From an uncultured Opitutales bacterium (GTDB taxonomy: Bacteria > Verrucomicrobiota > Verrucomicrobiia > Opitutales > UBA9783): 32,000 bases of DNA. Under the pieces are notes generated by a model. That model saw only the letters and a list, made by a program, of their open reading frames with translations, ran no database searches and had not been told where the DNA came from. The stretch covers positions 480,001 to 512,000 of the forward strand of contig CAKUSQ010000001.1 of NCBI GenBank assembly GCA_934691225.1, given 5' to 3'. Both the position numbers and the translations under genes were made by a program. Of this stretch, positions 1 to 8,130 are shown one piece after another; the first letter of the stretch is position 1; each line of letters opens with the position of its first letter.

Positions 1-1256
1 TCAAAACGTAATACGGATGAATCGCAACGTTGAATAATCGGAAATACAAGTTGAAGTACACGGCGATGAATTTCTTCTGCACTATAATTCAAGTTTTTGA
101 AAATTTGAATAAAAAATGAAATAGGTGTAAGTGCGTTGTCCAAAATATGTTGGCAGCGCTGAGGTTCTTTTAGAAAAACAGAATCGGGATCTTCTTGGGC
201 ATCTAACAAATAATATTTGATCGGAATTTCTAAAGGGATGCCTAAGTTCATGAGGCGAATTCCAGCTTTTATCCCTGCAGCATCACCATCAAACATCCCA
301 ATGATCGTTGTATCGTATCGTTTTAAAAGTTTCAATTGATCTTCTGTTAACCCGGTTCCTTGGGGAGCTACGGTTGTTGTGAGGCCACATTCCCAACATC
401 GAATAACATCGAGAGGTCCTTCTACAAGGTAAAGGTAAGGACTGTCCTTAGAAATGTTTTGCCGTGCTTTTGCTAAGTTAAATAACTCTTTACCTTTAAC
501 AAAAATGGGTGTTTCAGGAGAATTTACATATTTGGCTTCTCGTGTGGGATCCTGAGGCAATTCTAAAAATGGAAGTTGGCGACCTGAAAAAGCAATCGTC
601 CGGTCTTGTACATCACAAATAGGTAAAATTAAGCGTCCTTGGTAGCGACAGATAAGTGGTTTGTTTTTTTGTTTAGGTCGGTAAAATAAACCACTTTCAC
701 ATAAGTTTTCGTAAGCAAATCCGCGATTTATTAAAAATGAATACAACAGTGAATAATCAGTAGGGGCAAGTCCTACATTAAAGGTGGTTGCGGTTGATAA
801 TGAAAAGTGTCGTTCATTTTCCCAATATTTCCGTGTCAATTCTGCTGTGTCGTTGTTAGCCCAGAATTGTTGCTTAAAAAAGGTTGTGGCACTTTCGTAA
901 ATGGAGAAAAGAATTTTTTTTGTCGAAAATGCGTTTGTTGTCTTTTGTGTGGACACATGGTTGTATTCTATCGGGATATTAAATCGATCGCATAACCATT
1001 CAACACTTTCGGAAAAGCTTAGCTGTTCTTTTAATTCTAAAAATCGAAACATGTCGCCGGCATATCCAGTGCTAAAACATTTAAAAATATTCTTTTGTGG
1101 ATCTACAAAGAACGAAGGTGTTTTTTCATGTGAAAAAGGACTTAATCCTTTTAAATAATGACCTGAAGGTTTTAGTTGAACATAAGGTGTTACAACGTCA
1201 ACGATAGAGACACGCTGCCGAATATTATCCAAACAACTCTGAGAAAACCATGGCAT
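1..1256 (-). CDS. dnaG: DNA primase DnaG (partial; C-terminal part lies beyond the window start)
   Basis: A minus-strand frame is open from the ATG at 1256-1254 to the window edge. It is absent from the ORF track because it has no in-window stop. My translation is MPWFSQSCLDNIRQRVSIVDVVTPYVQLKPSGHYLKGLSPFSHEKTPSFFVDPQKNIFKCFSTGYAGDMFRFLELKEQL..., which is the primase zinc-ribbon region with the EKTPSF motif. Later come ...PYLYLVEGPLDVIRCWECG... and ...GMFDGDAAGIKAG..., the Toprim ExxD and DxD motifs. Confidence 0.88.
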   Translation of the reverse strand, partial: MPWFSQSCLDNIRQRVSIVDVVTPYVQLKPSGHYLKGLSPFSHEKTPSFFVDPQKNIFKCFSTGYAGDMFRFLELKEQLSFSESVEWLCDRFNIPIEYNHVSTQKTTNAFSTKKILFSIYESATTFFKQQFWANNDTAELTRKYWENERHFSLSTATTFNVGLAPTDYSLLYSFLINRGFAYENLCESGLFYRPKQKNKPLICRYQGRLILPICDVQDRTIAFSGRQLPFLELPQDPTREAKYVNSPETPIFVKGKELFNLAKARQNISKDSPYLYLVEGPLDVIRCWECGLTTTVAPQGTGLTEDQLKLLKRYDTTIIGMFDGDAAGIKAGIRLMNLGIPLEIPIKYYLLDAQEDPDSVFLKEPQRCQHILDNALTPISFFIQIFKNLNYSAEEIHRRVLQLVFPIIQRCDSSVLRF

Positions 1257-1263
1257 ATTTTTA

Positions 1264-2382
1264 TCATTTAGGAGCAAGTTGTTGGTACAAAATAATTCCA
1301 ATAAACAACATTAGCAAATTAGGGAACCATGCAGCTATTAAGGGGGAAAGGATGTTTTGTGTCCCGAGCATTCGACCAATGCTTCCGACAATGTAGTACG
1401 CAAAAAAAAGACCTGAAGCTTTTGAAACTCCTACCATAGGATTTGTACGAACACCACTTAATGAAAAAGGAATAGCTAGTAAAACAATCATGAAACAAAT
1501 TAATGGACTGGATAGTAAGGAAAAATATTTGATGGTATGTTCCAAAAATCGTGGATGATTTTTAGGGACAAAATTGAGAATTTTCTTTAACTCGTTTATT
1601 CCTAAATATTTTAACGGTTTATGAATAAAACTCATAAGTTGAGGGTTTTCTTCACAGGTGATACTTTCTTCTTGAAAGGTTGTAAATCGAGAAGGAATAA
1701 ATACATGAGGATCAAAATACCAATGTTTACCATTTTGGAATGTCCACGTTTTTTGTTGAGGGTCGTAATAAACTTCAGCGGCTTCGATACGTTCGATTTC
1801 TCGTTTTTGTTGGTTTATTAAAGAGAGAGTAGCAAAGCTACCTTTTTGAGTATACAAACTGAATGTGTTGATATGCCACAAGCGACCTGCTTTTTCATTA
1901 TGAAGGCATAAATGTCTTTGAATGCCAATGTTGTCCGTCTTTCCTGTTTTTCTTTTTTGGTCATTGAAATCAATTTGTGCCACAATTTGTCGCATTTGAT
2001 CAGAAGCGTATGGTAACAGATAGGCATTTAGAGCAATCATCAGTGCTGTAAGCAAAAGAGCAGCTAACCAAAAGCTACGTGTAATTTTGAAAACGGTCAT
2101 TCCAGAGGCGCGTAAAGCAACCACTTCATTATGCGACTGCATATCGTTTAAAACATATAAAACAGAAATGAAAAATGAGATGGGTAAAACAGTGCAGAAG
2201 CAATTAGGAATTAAATAAATGTAATAAGTAAGCAGCGTTATAAAATTGGCATCGCGTTCTAGAAAATTTTTTAAGTTTTTGTACATATCTTCTAGAATCA
2301 AGATGCCTAAAATCAGCATAATAGCGATACTAAGCGTCTTTAGCCATTCTTTAAAAATATAACGATCAATGATTCGATTCAT
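1264..2382 (-). CDS. LPS export ABC permease, LptF/LptG (YjgP/YjgQ) family
   Basis: The track ORF is 1264..2415. The N-terminus MNRIIDRYIFKEWLKTL is the typical start of the YjgP/YjgQ family. The protein has multiple hydrophobic segments flanking a central soluble domain. I prefer the ATG at 2382, which avoids a 28-nt overlap with the upstream gene. I cannot tell LptF from LptG. Confidence 0.8.
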   Translation of the reverse strand: MNRIIDRYIFKEWLKTLSIAIMLILGILILEDMYKNLKNFLERDANFITLLTYYIYLIPNCFCTVLPISFFISVLYVLNDMQSHNEVVALRASGMTVFKITRSFWLAALLLTALMIALNAYLLPYASDQMRQIVAQIDFNDQKRKTGKTDNIGIQRHLCLHNEKAGRLWHINTFSLYTQKGSFATLSLINQQKREIERIEAAEVYYDPQQKTWTFQNGKHWYFDPHVFIPSRFTTFQEESITCEENPQLMSFIHKPLKYLGINELKKILNFVPKNHPRFLEHTIKYFSLLSSPLICFMIVLLAIPFSLSGVRTNPMVGVSKASGLFFAYYIVGSIGRMLGTQNILSPLIAAWFPNLLMLFIGIILYQQLAPK

Positions 2383-2387
2383 AGAGT

Positions 2388-3602
2388 TTATTCGCGTTCT
2401 AAAATAGCAATGCATTCCATATGTTTAGTTTGTGGAAACATGTCAAAAGGCTGAACTTCAGTAATTTTGTATTGAGGTGCTAGTGTTAACAAGCGGTTTA
2501 GGTCACGCGCTTGCGTGTCGGGAGCACAAGAAATATAACTAATGAGTTTAGGTGAAAAATTTACTAATTGACGTATAAAGTCTTCAGAAGCACCTTTGCG
2601 CGGTGGATCCATAATAACCCAAGATTTGTCAGCAGGAAAAGTTGCATTTTCAAAAATAGTAGTGGCATTCCCTGCAACAAATTGACCGTTATCAATATGA
2701 TTATTTTTCATATTATTATTGGCCAATTGTATAGATTTTTCATCGATTTCTATCCCAAGAAATTTTTGTACATGCGCTGCCAATGCAATGCAAAAAACAC
2801 CTACACCGCAGTAAGTGTCGATAAGATATTGAATATCAGTTCGATTTTGCAAGCGTTGAGTTAAAAATGAAAATATGGCTTTTAAAATATAAGGATTCGT
2901 TTGAAAAAAACTGCCTGCCGGGAATTGAAAAGTTAAATTATGGATAAATGTTTCGCAAATAGTATTAAAATCAGAAACCACCCCTGTTTGTGTTTCGCGT
3001 AAAAGCAATGTGCCATGACGAACATTGGATTGCTTGATTTGTGTACGAATTTGCGGAAGTGCTTTGTTAATTGCTTCACTGGCGATCAAACATTGTGGAA
3101 CATCTACAAGTCTATGTTGGGTACCTTCTTGCAAAAAACCAATAGGACATTGATCGTTGTGACGTTCAAAGTGAGGGGTTAATTTGGTGCGATAACCATA
3201 TGTTTTTTCGGATGGAATCAATGGATTTACGGTAACTTTTAACTGACCAATACGTTCGAAACAATCAATAACTTGCTGTTGTTTCCATTGAAGTTGTTCT
3301 GCGTAATCTATATGTTGATATTGGCAGCCGCCACATTGACCAAACAATGGACAAGGTGAAGCCGTTCGTTTAGGTGAAGGTTCTATTATTTTAACCAAAT
3401 CGGCTTCTGAATAATTTTTATGATTTCTAAAAATGCGAACTTTGACTTTTTCACCTGGGATGACAAAAGGTACCATAATGGTCCAGTTGTTGATGCGGCC
3501 GATGCCGCGCCCTTCATTCGTTAATGTTGAAATTGTGAGTTCAATTTCTTCGTGATATTGAAAAGGTATTGGAATAAAGTTTTTTGGCGTATTTTTATTC
3601 AT
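2388..3602 (-). CDS. rlmD: TRAM-domain 23S rRNA (uracil-C5)-methyltransferase, RlmD/RumA family
   Basis: 404 aa. There is an N-terminal TRAM-like segment (GRGIGRINNWTIMVPFVIPGEKVKVRI). A Cys cluster CPLFGQCGGCQYQH plus a later VPQC matches the RumA Fe-S ligands. SAM-methyltransferase motifs are DTYCGVGVF and MDPPRKG. The exact rRNA or tRNA target is not assignable. Confidence 0.75.
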   Translation of the reverse strand: MNKNTPKNFIPIPFQYHEEIELTISTLTNEGRGIGRINNWTIMVPFVIPGEKVKVRIFRNHKNYSEADLVKIIEPSPKRTASPCPLFGQCGGCQYQHIDYAEQLQWKQQQVIDCFERIGQLKVTVNPLIPSEKTYGYRTKLTPHFERHNDQCPIGFLQEGTQHRLVDVPQCLIASEAINKALPQIRTQIKQSNVRHGTLLLRETQTGVVSDFNTICETFIHNLTFQFPAGSFFQTNPYILKAIFSFLTQRLQNRTDIQYLIDTYCGVGVFCIALAAHVQKFLGIEIDEKSIQLANNNMKNNHIDNGQFVAGNATTIFENATFPADKSWVIMDPPRKGASEDFIRQLVNFSPKLISYISCAPDTQARDLNRLLTLAPQYKITEVQPFDMFPQTKHMECIAILERE

Positions 3603-4382
3603 TTAGATAAGTCCACGATAGGATTTTTGCTGTAAAAATTGAAAGAGTGTAGTTTGTACACGCTCTAAGCTTTGAAGTGAAGGTAATTGTCGAATTTGCT
3701 CGATCGCTTGACTTCGGTTTAAGTCAGATTCATAAAGCAATTTAAATATTTGTTTGATAGCAATGCGTTCTGTTTCGGAAAATCCTTGTCGTAAAATGCC
3801 TATGCGATTGTAACTTTTGGCTACAGCGGGAACACCGCAAGCAATCATAAAAGGTGGAATATCTTTTTTTAAAAATGAGTGCCCACCTAGCATGGCGTAA
3901 GCTCCAATGTGGCAAAATTGATGAATAGATGAATTTCCACCAATGTTAGCATAATTGCCGATGTGCACATGTCCTCCTGTGGCTACTTGTGCACTCATGA
4001 TGATATTATTCCCCAGTTGGCAATCGTGCCCAATGTGGCTGAAAGCTAGAACATAATTATTATGGCCAATTACGGTTGCATCACCATCAGAGGTCGCTGT
4101 ATGAATAGAAACATATTCGCGAAAAACATTATGGTTTCCGATGGTTAAGAAACATGTTCCACCTTTATGTTTTAGATCATGTGTTTGTGCACCTAAGAAA
4201 CTGTAAGGATAAACGATATTGTGATGCCCTAAGGTGGTATGGCCATCGATAGTTGCGTGGTGTTCAACGACACAATGATCACCCAATACAACGTGATGGC
4301 CAATGTAAGCATATGCACCAATTGTAACATGTTGGCCCAGCTGAGCTCCAGATTCAACAATAGCAGTAGGGTGAATAGTCAT
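3603..4382 (-). CDS. lpxA: Acyl-ACP--UDP-N-acetylglucosamine O-acyltransferase LpxA
   Basis: 259 aa. The N-terminus MTIHPTAIVESGAQLGQHVTIGAYAYIG is followed by many hexapeptide (left-handed beta-helix) repeats and an LpxA-type helical C-terminus. It sits directly downstream of lpxC/fabZ. Confidence 0.9.
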   Translation of the reverse strand: MTIHPTAIVESGAQLGQHVTIGAYAYIGHHVVLGDHCVVEHHATIDGHTTLGHHNIVYPYSFLGAQTHDLKHKGGTCFLTIGNHNVFREYVSIHTATSDGDATVIGHNNYVLAFSHIGHDCQLGNNIIMSAQVATGGHVHIGNYANIGGNSSIHQFCHIGAYAMLGGHSFLKKDIPPFMIACGVPAVAKSYNRIGILRQGFSETERIAIKQIFKLLYESDLNRSQAIEQIRQLPSLQSLERVQTTLFQFLQQKSYRGLI

Positions 4383-4386
4383 ATTT

Positions 4387-5682
4387 TTATTCGTTAGAAA
4401 TCATAAACATTAATTCAGCAGATGAAGCCAGTTTATCTTTAACAAAACACTGACCTTCTGCGTAACCAATACGGTTATTTTTTATTTTTAAAAGTTTAAC
4501 TTCGATGCGCAGCTGATCACCGGGAGAAACAATGCTCCTAAACTTGATTTTATCTGCGCTCATGAAAAAAACATGTTTATAGGTATCGTGCTTTAGGTTT
4601 AGTCCCATCAATAGTCCTGCTGCTTGGGCCATGGCTTCGATTTGAAGAACACCTGGGAAAATAGGATTTTCTGGGAAGTGACCTTGAAAACAGGGTTCGT
4701 TGACAGAGATGTTTTTTAAAGCCGTTAATGTATCTTCTGTGGCACTCATGACACGGTCTACCATAATAAACGGGTAACGATGAGGTAGACGTTTTAAAAT
4801 AGTATTGATGTCGAGCAATACAGGTTCGCTACTAGAAAAAATTGGCAGATTTTCTTGTTCTGTTTGCGTAATAATTGCTTGAGTAAGTTTTGCGTTAAGT
4901 GCGTGACCTGTTTTTACTGCAATGACATGCCCTTTGATAGGACGTGCCAAAAGGGCTAAATCACCAATAATATCTAAAATTTTATGTCGAACGAATTCAT
5001 CGTTATACCGAAGTGGTTCATTAGAGAGGATTTTATCTCCTTTAATAACGATAGCACAGTCAAGCGTTCCTCCTTTGATTCTGCCCATCTTAATAAGAGG
5101 TTCGATATCTTCATATACAGTAAAGGTGCGTGCTTTGGAGATTTCTTGAACGTAACTTTCAGGGTCAATCGTTAAGGATAGGTATTGTGTATGTGTTTTT
5201 CGATCATCGGTGGATGTACATGTGATTTTAAAATCATCACAGGGGTAAATCATAATAGATCGATCATCTTTTACAATTGAAATGGGGTCTGTAATTTCTA
5301 AAAAATTTTTTTCTACAGATTGTGTTTTTATCCCTACTTTTAAAAAACCTTCAACCCACGGCTTGGCAGATCCATCTAGAATAGGTATTTCTAAACCATC
5401 TACCTGAATGATAACATTATCAATTCCAAGGCCATAAAGGGCACTCAATAAATGCTCAACCGTGTGAATTTTAACGCCATCTTTAGAAAGCGTTGTTCCT
5501 CGTATGAGATCATCGATGTATTCGATTGTTGCTGGAATAATGGTAGTAGTTTCTTGTTGTTTTACATGAAAAATAATACCATTGTTTTCTGGAGCAGGAG
5601 TAATCGTAACGTTTACATTAGCGCCTGTATGCAGCCCTTTGCCTTCTACATGAAAAGAATTTTGTAATGTTTTTTGTTTCAT
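4387..5682 (-). CDS. lpxC/fabZ: Bifunctional UDP-3-O-acyl-GlcNAc deacetylase / 3-hydroxyacyl-ACP dehydratase (LpxC-FabZ fusion)
   Basis: 431 aa. The N-terminal ~280 aa are LpxC-like (QKTLQNSFHVEGKGLHTG..., HTVEHLLSAL, ...FVRHKILDIIGDLAL). The C-terminal ~145 aa are FabZ hot-dog-like (LPHRYPFIMVDRV..., CFQGHFPENPIFPGVLQIEAMAQ). Confidence 0.92.
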   Translation of the reverse strand: MKQKTLQNSFHVEGKGLHTGANVNVTITPAPENNGIIFHVKQQETTTIIPATIEYIDDLIRGTTLSKDGVKIHTVEHLLSALYGLGIDNVIIQVDGLEIPILDGSAKPWVEGFLKVGIKTQSVEKNFLEITDPISIVKDDRSIMIYPCDDFKITCTSTDDRKTHTQYLSLTIDPESYVQEISKARTFTVYEDIEPLIKMGRIKGGTLDCAIVIKGDKILSNEPLRYNDEFVRHKILDIIGDLALLARPIKGHVIAVKTGHALNAKLTQAIITQTEQENLPIFSSSEPVLLDINTILKRLPHRYPFIMVDRVMSATEDTLTALKNISVNEPCFQGHFPENPIFPGVLQIEAMAQAAGLLMGLNLKHDTYKHVFFMSADKIKFRSIVSPGDQLRIEVKLLKIKNNRIGYAEGQCFVKDKLASSAELMFMISNE

Positions 5683-5721
5683 AGGTATCGTTTGATTGAG
5701 GATGTGTTTATTGTACTCATT

Positions 5722-6066
5722 TCATCCTGGAGGCCATTGTAAAGAACGTCCACCTAAGAGGTGAATATGTAAATGAGGAACCGTTTCACCACCATCTTTG
5801 CCGCAATTAATAACCGTGCGGAATCCTGTTTTATCAATGCCTAGAAGATGGGCAACTTGGGTAACCACCAAGAACAGATGCCCCATTAACGGTACATCTT
5901 GCTGATTCATTGAAACAAGACGTTGTATATGTTTTTTAGGAACAATCAGACAATGAACGGGGGCTTGCGGTGTGATATCATGAAAAGCAATGCATTGATC
6001 ATCTTCATAAACAATTTTTGCAGGAATTTCACGATCAATGATTTTTTGAAAAACAGTTTTTTCCAT
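5722..6066 (-). CDS. HIT-family (histidine triad) nucleotide hydrolase, HinT-like
   Basis: 114 aa. The sequence runs FQKIIDREIPAKIVYEDDQCIAFHDITPQAPVHCLIVPKKHI and carries the triad HLHIHLLGG. Confidence 0.88.
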   Translation of the reverse strand: MEKTVFQKIIDREIPAKIVYEDDQCIAFHDITPQAPVHCLIVPKKHIQRLVSMNQQDVPLMGHLFLVVTQVAHLLGIDKTGFRTVINCGKDGGETVPHLHIHLLGGRSLQWPPG

Positions 6067-7282
6067 GGATTGCGTTTTCTCTTTCTATCAATGTTGGGTG
6101 TGAATAATGAAAAGTACTGTAATAAGGATGTGGAAACAAATTGCTTAAATTTTCGCGGTATAATTTTTTAAGCGCTTGAATAAGGTTGTGACCGCATGAG
6201 GGAGATTGTGCATTGGCAAAAGCGTCTGCTTCATATTCATATTTTCTAGAGAAATAATTGAGGAATGGGTTAAACCAGTAAGTAAAAAGATTTATAAAGG
6301 TAGATAAAGTAATGAGTAATAATAATGCGGTGGTATGTGGCAAACCAAATTGTTGGGCTAACCAATTATTTTGGAGCAATAAATCGCATAATTTTAATCC
6401 AAGAAGGGCAAAAATGGTGGAGGTTAACAGTGTCTTCCAGATGTGTTTGTGTTTGTAATGACCAATTTCGTGCGCTAAAATGGCTTCAATTTCTTCGTCA
6501 GAAAAGTTTTTGAGCAGTGTATCAAAAAGGACAATGTTTTGAATTTTCCCTAAACTGCTGCAGTATGCATTCGAGTGCGTCGAACGTTTACTAGAATCTA
6601 AGACCTTGATAGCCGCTGCTGCAAACCCAGCTTTTTGAGCAAGGGCATTTAAACGTGTTTTTAAGCTTCCTTCTTCCAAGGGGGTTAGTTTATTGAATAG
6701 GGGTAAAATAATTTTTGGATAAAGCCACAAAAATGTGATTTGCAAAATTAAACTACCTAGAGCTCCTAAAATCCACCATGAATGGGTAAATTTTTCGAGT
6801 AAAAACAGAAGTGCAGAAAATACAGGGATATTAATACAAGCGCCTACAATTAGACCCTTGAGTTGATCGAGCCACCAAAGTTTCTTCCCAGATCGATTGA
6901 AACCAAAATCTTTTTCAATTTTAAATGTATCAAAGTATTCTAAGGGTAAAAAACATAGAGATAACAAATAATTCCACAAAAATAATTGGCAACTTTGTAA
7001 CCATAATTGCGAAGTAAGCTGAAAGCAATTTAAATAGGTTGGAATCAGATTCATTCCTAGGATTATACTTAAAATGATACCTTTATAAAATAATTGCAAC
7101 AAAGCGAATTGATTTCGAACTAGCGAGTAGGCAGTAGCTTTTTTAAAAGTTGCATCATCGATAAATTCCTTAAAAATGTTGTGGTTTAAGTTTTTTCGAA
7201 TGTTGTTTCCATTTAAGAGAAGAAGCAGGGTTTCCACTAGCAGGAAAGCGGTTAACAAACTCCATAAAACTTCTTTTAACAT
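6035..7282 (-). CDS. Integral-membrane M48 zinc metalloprotease, Ste24/CAAX-prenyl-protease-1-like
   Basis: 415 aa with several hydrophobic helices. It has the zincin motif AHEIGHYKHKH and the C-terminal motif FHYSHPTLIERENAI, typical of the M48A (Ste24) subfamily. Its 3' end overlaps the HIT gene start by 32 nt. Confidence 0.8.
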   Translation of the reverse strand: MLKEVLWSLLTAFLLVETLLLLLNGNNIRKNLNHNIFKEFIDDATFKKATAYSLVRNQFALLQLFYKGIILSIILGMNLIPTYLNCFQLTSQLWLQSCQLFLWNYLLSLCFLPLEYFDTFKIEKDFGFNRSGKKLWWLDQLKGLIVGACINIPVFSALLFLLEKFTHSWWILGALGSLILQITFLWLYPKIILPLFNKLTPLEEGSLKTRLNALAQKAGFAAAAIKVLDSSKRSTHSNAYCSSLGKIQNIVLFDTLLKNFSDEEIEAILAHEIGHYKHKHIWKTLLTSTIFALLGLKLCDLLLQNNWLAQQFGLPHTTALLLLITLSTFINLFTYWFNPFLNYFSRKYEYEADAFANAQSPSCGHNLIQALKKLYRENLSNLFPHPYYSTFHYSHPTLIERENAIHGKNCFSKNH

Positions 7283-7344
7283 ACTTTTCCTTCCCTTATG
7301 AATTTGACCTTTTATTTTTATTGTGTTCTTATACTGTAAACATT

Positions 7345-7587
7345 ATGGATTCTAAGAAAAGAAAAAAAATGCTTTCTTTTGAAGAAGCACTTCAAAAATT
7401 GGAAGCTATTGTGCAATCGCTTGAACAAGGCGAAGTTCCTTTGGAACTCTTGATTGAAAAATACAAAGAAGGTTTAGTTTACCAAAAATGTTGCCAACAA
7501 CAGTTGGATCGAGCTTCTTTAGTTTTGAAAACATTAGCGGATGAAGAAAGTGAAATGTCAGCAACTAGAGCGCAAACTTTGGAATAA
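7345..7587 (+). CDS. xseB: Exodeoxyribonuclease VII small subunit XseB
   Basis: MDSKKRKKMLSFEEALQKLEAIVQSLEQGEVPLELLIEKYKEGL matches the XseB pattern (SFEeAl.eLE.IV..LE.G.l.LEe.l..y..G). The track starts at a TTG at 7321. I prefer the ATG at 7345. Confidence 0.82.
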   Translation: MDSKKRKKMLSFEEALQKLEAIVQSLEQGEVPLELLIEKYKEGLVYQKCCQQQLDRASLVLKTLADEESEMSATRAQTLE

Positions 7588-8128
7588 ATTATTACCATAT
7601 TTATCTTTTTTAAAAGAAAATTTACACCTAATAGTTGCGGATTTATCGACGCATCAAATGTATATTTTGGTATGGAATTATATCGGATTTCAGGTAAAGG
7701 GTGTGTACAAATTTTCTTCCAGTAAGGCACCTATTTGTTGCTTAGAAAATAGTGGAGGTACACCTACGGGTTTGCATCGTATTTGTGAAAAAATAGGTTA
7801 CAACGTTCCTGAAAATGGTGAATTTATTGCTCGAAAGTTTACAGGTCAGCAAATTCCGCAAGCCAATGATATGCGTGAAAAGGCAAAAATTGTTACGCGT
7901 ATTTTACGTTTACGTGGATGTGAATGGGGAATTAACCGTGGTGTGGATATAAAAACGCATCGTTTTTGTGATACCTATAAACGTTGTGTTTATATTCACG
8001 GAACTAATTTAGAACGTTTCATACCACGGCCATTATCACAGGGATGTTTACTATTAAAAACAAAAGATTTATTGGAAGTTTTTGAAGTTGTTTATGAAGG
8101 AGATTTGTGTTGGATAGGATGTTTGTAA
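7541..8128 (+). CDS. YkuD (L,D-transpeptidase catalytic) domain protein, divergent active site
   Basis: 195 aa. It has ...SGGTPTGLHRI... followed by YIHGTNLERFIPRPLSQGCLLLKTKDLLEVF, which resembles the YkuD H-x(n)-[ST]-H-G-C-[IV]-R signature. Here the signature reads SQGCLL. No clear signal peptide is visible. The ATG at 7541 overlaps xseB by 47 nt, and there is no alternative start upstream of the conserved region. Confidence 0.65.
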   Translation: MKKVKCQQLERKLWNKLLPYLSFLKENLHLIVADLSTHQMYILVWNYIGFQVKGVYKFSSSKAPICCLENSGGTPTGLHRICEKIGYNVPENGEFIARKFTGQQIPQANDMREKAKIVTRILRLRGCEWGINRGVDIKTHRFCDTYKRCVYIHGTNLERFIPRPLSQGCLLLKTKDLLEVFEVVYEGDLCWIGCL

Positions 8129-8130
8129 TT

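Noticed and set aside
807-1158. Track ORFs 807..995 and 901..1158 on the plus strand.
   Set aside because: Both lie antisense within the dnaG reading frame that runs off the window edge. Their translations are Cys/Phe-rich nonsense.
2383-2415. An 11-codon N-terminal extension (MHCYFRTRINS) of the LptF/G ORF in the track.
   Set aside because: It would overlap the upstream methyltransferase gene by 28 nt. The family-typical N-terminus MNRIIDRYIF begins at the ATG at 2382.
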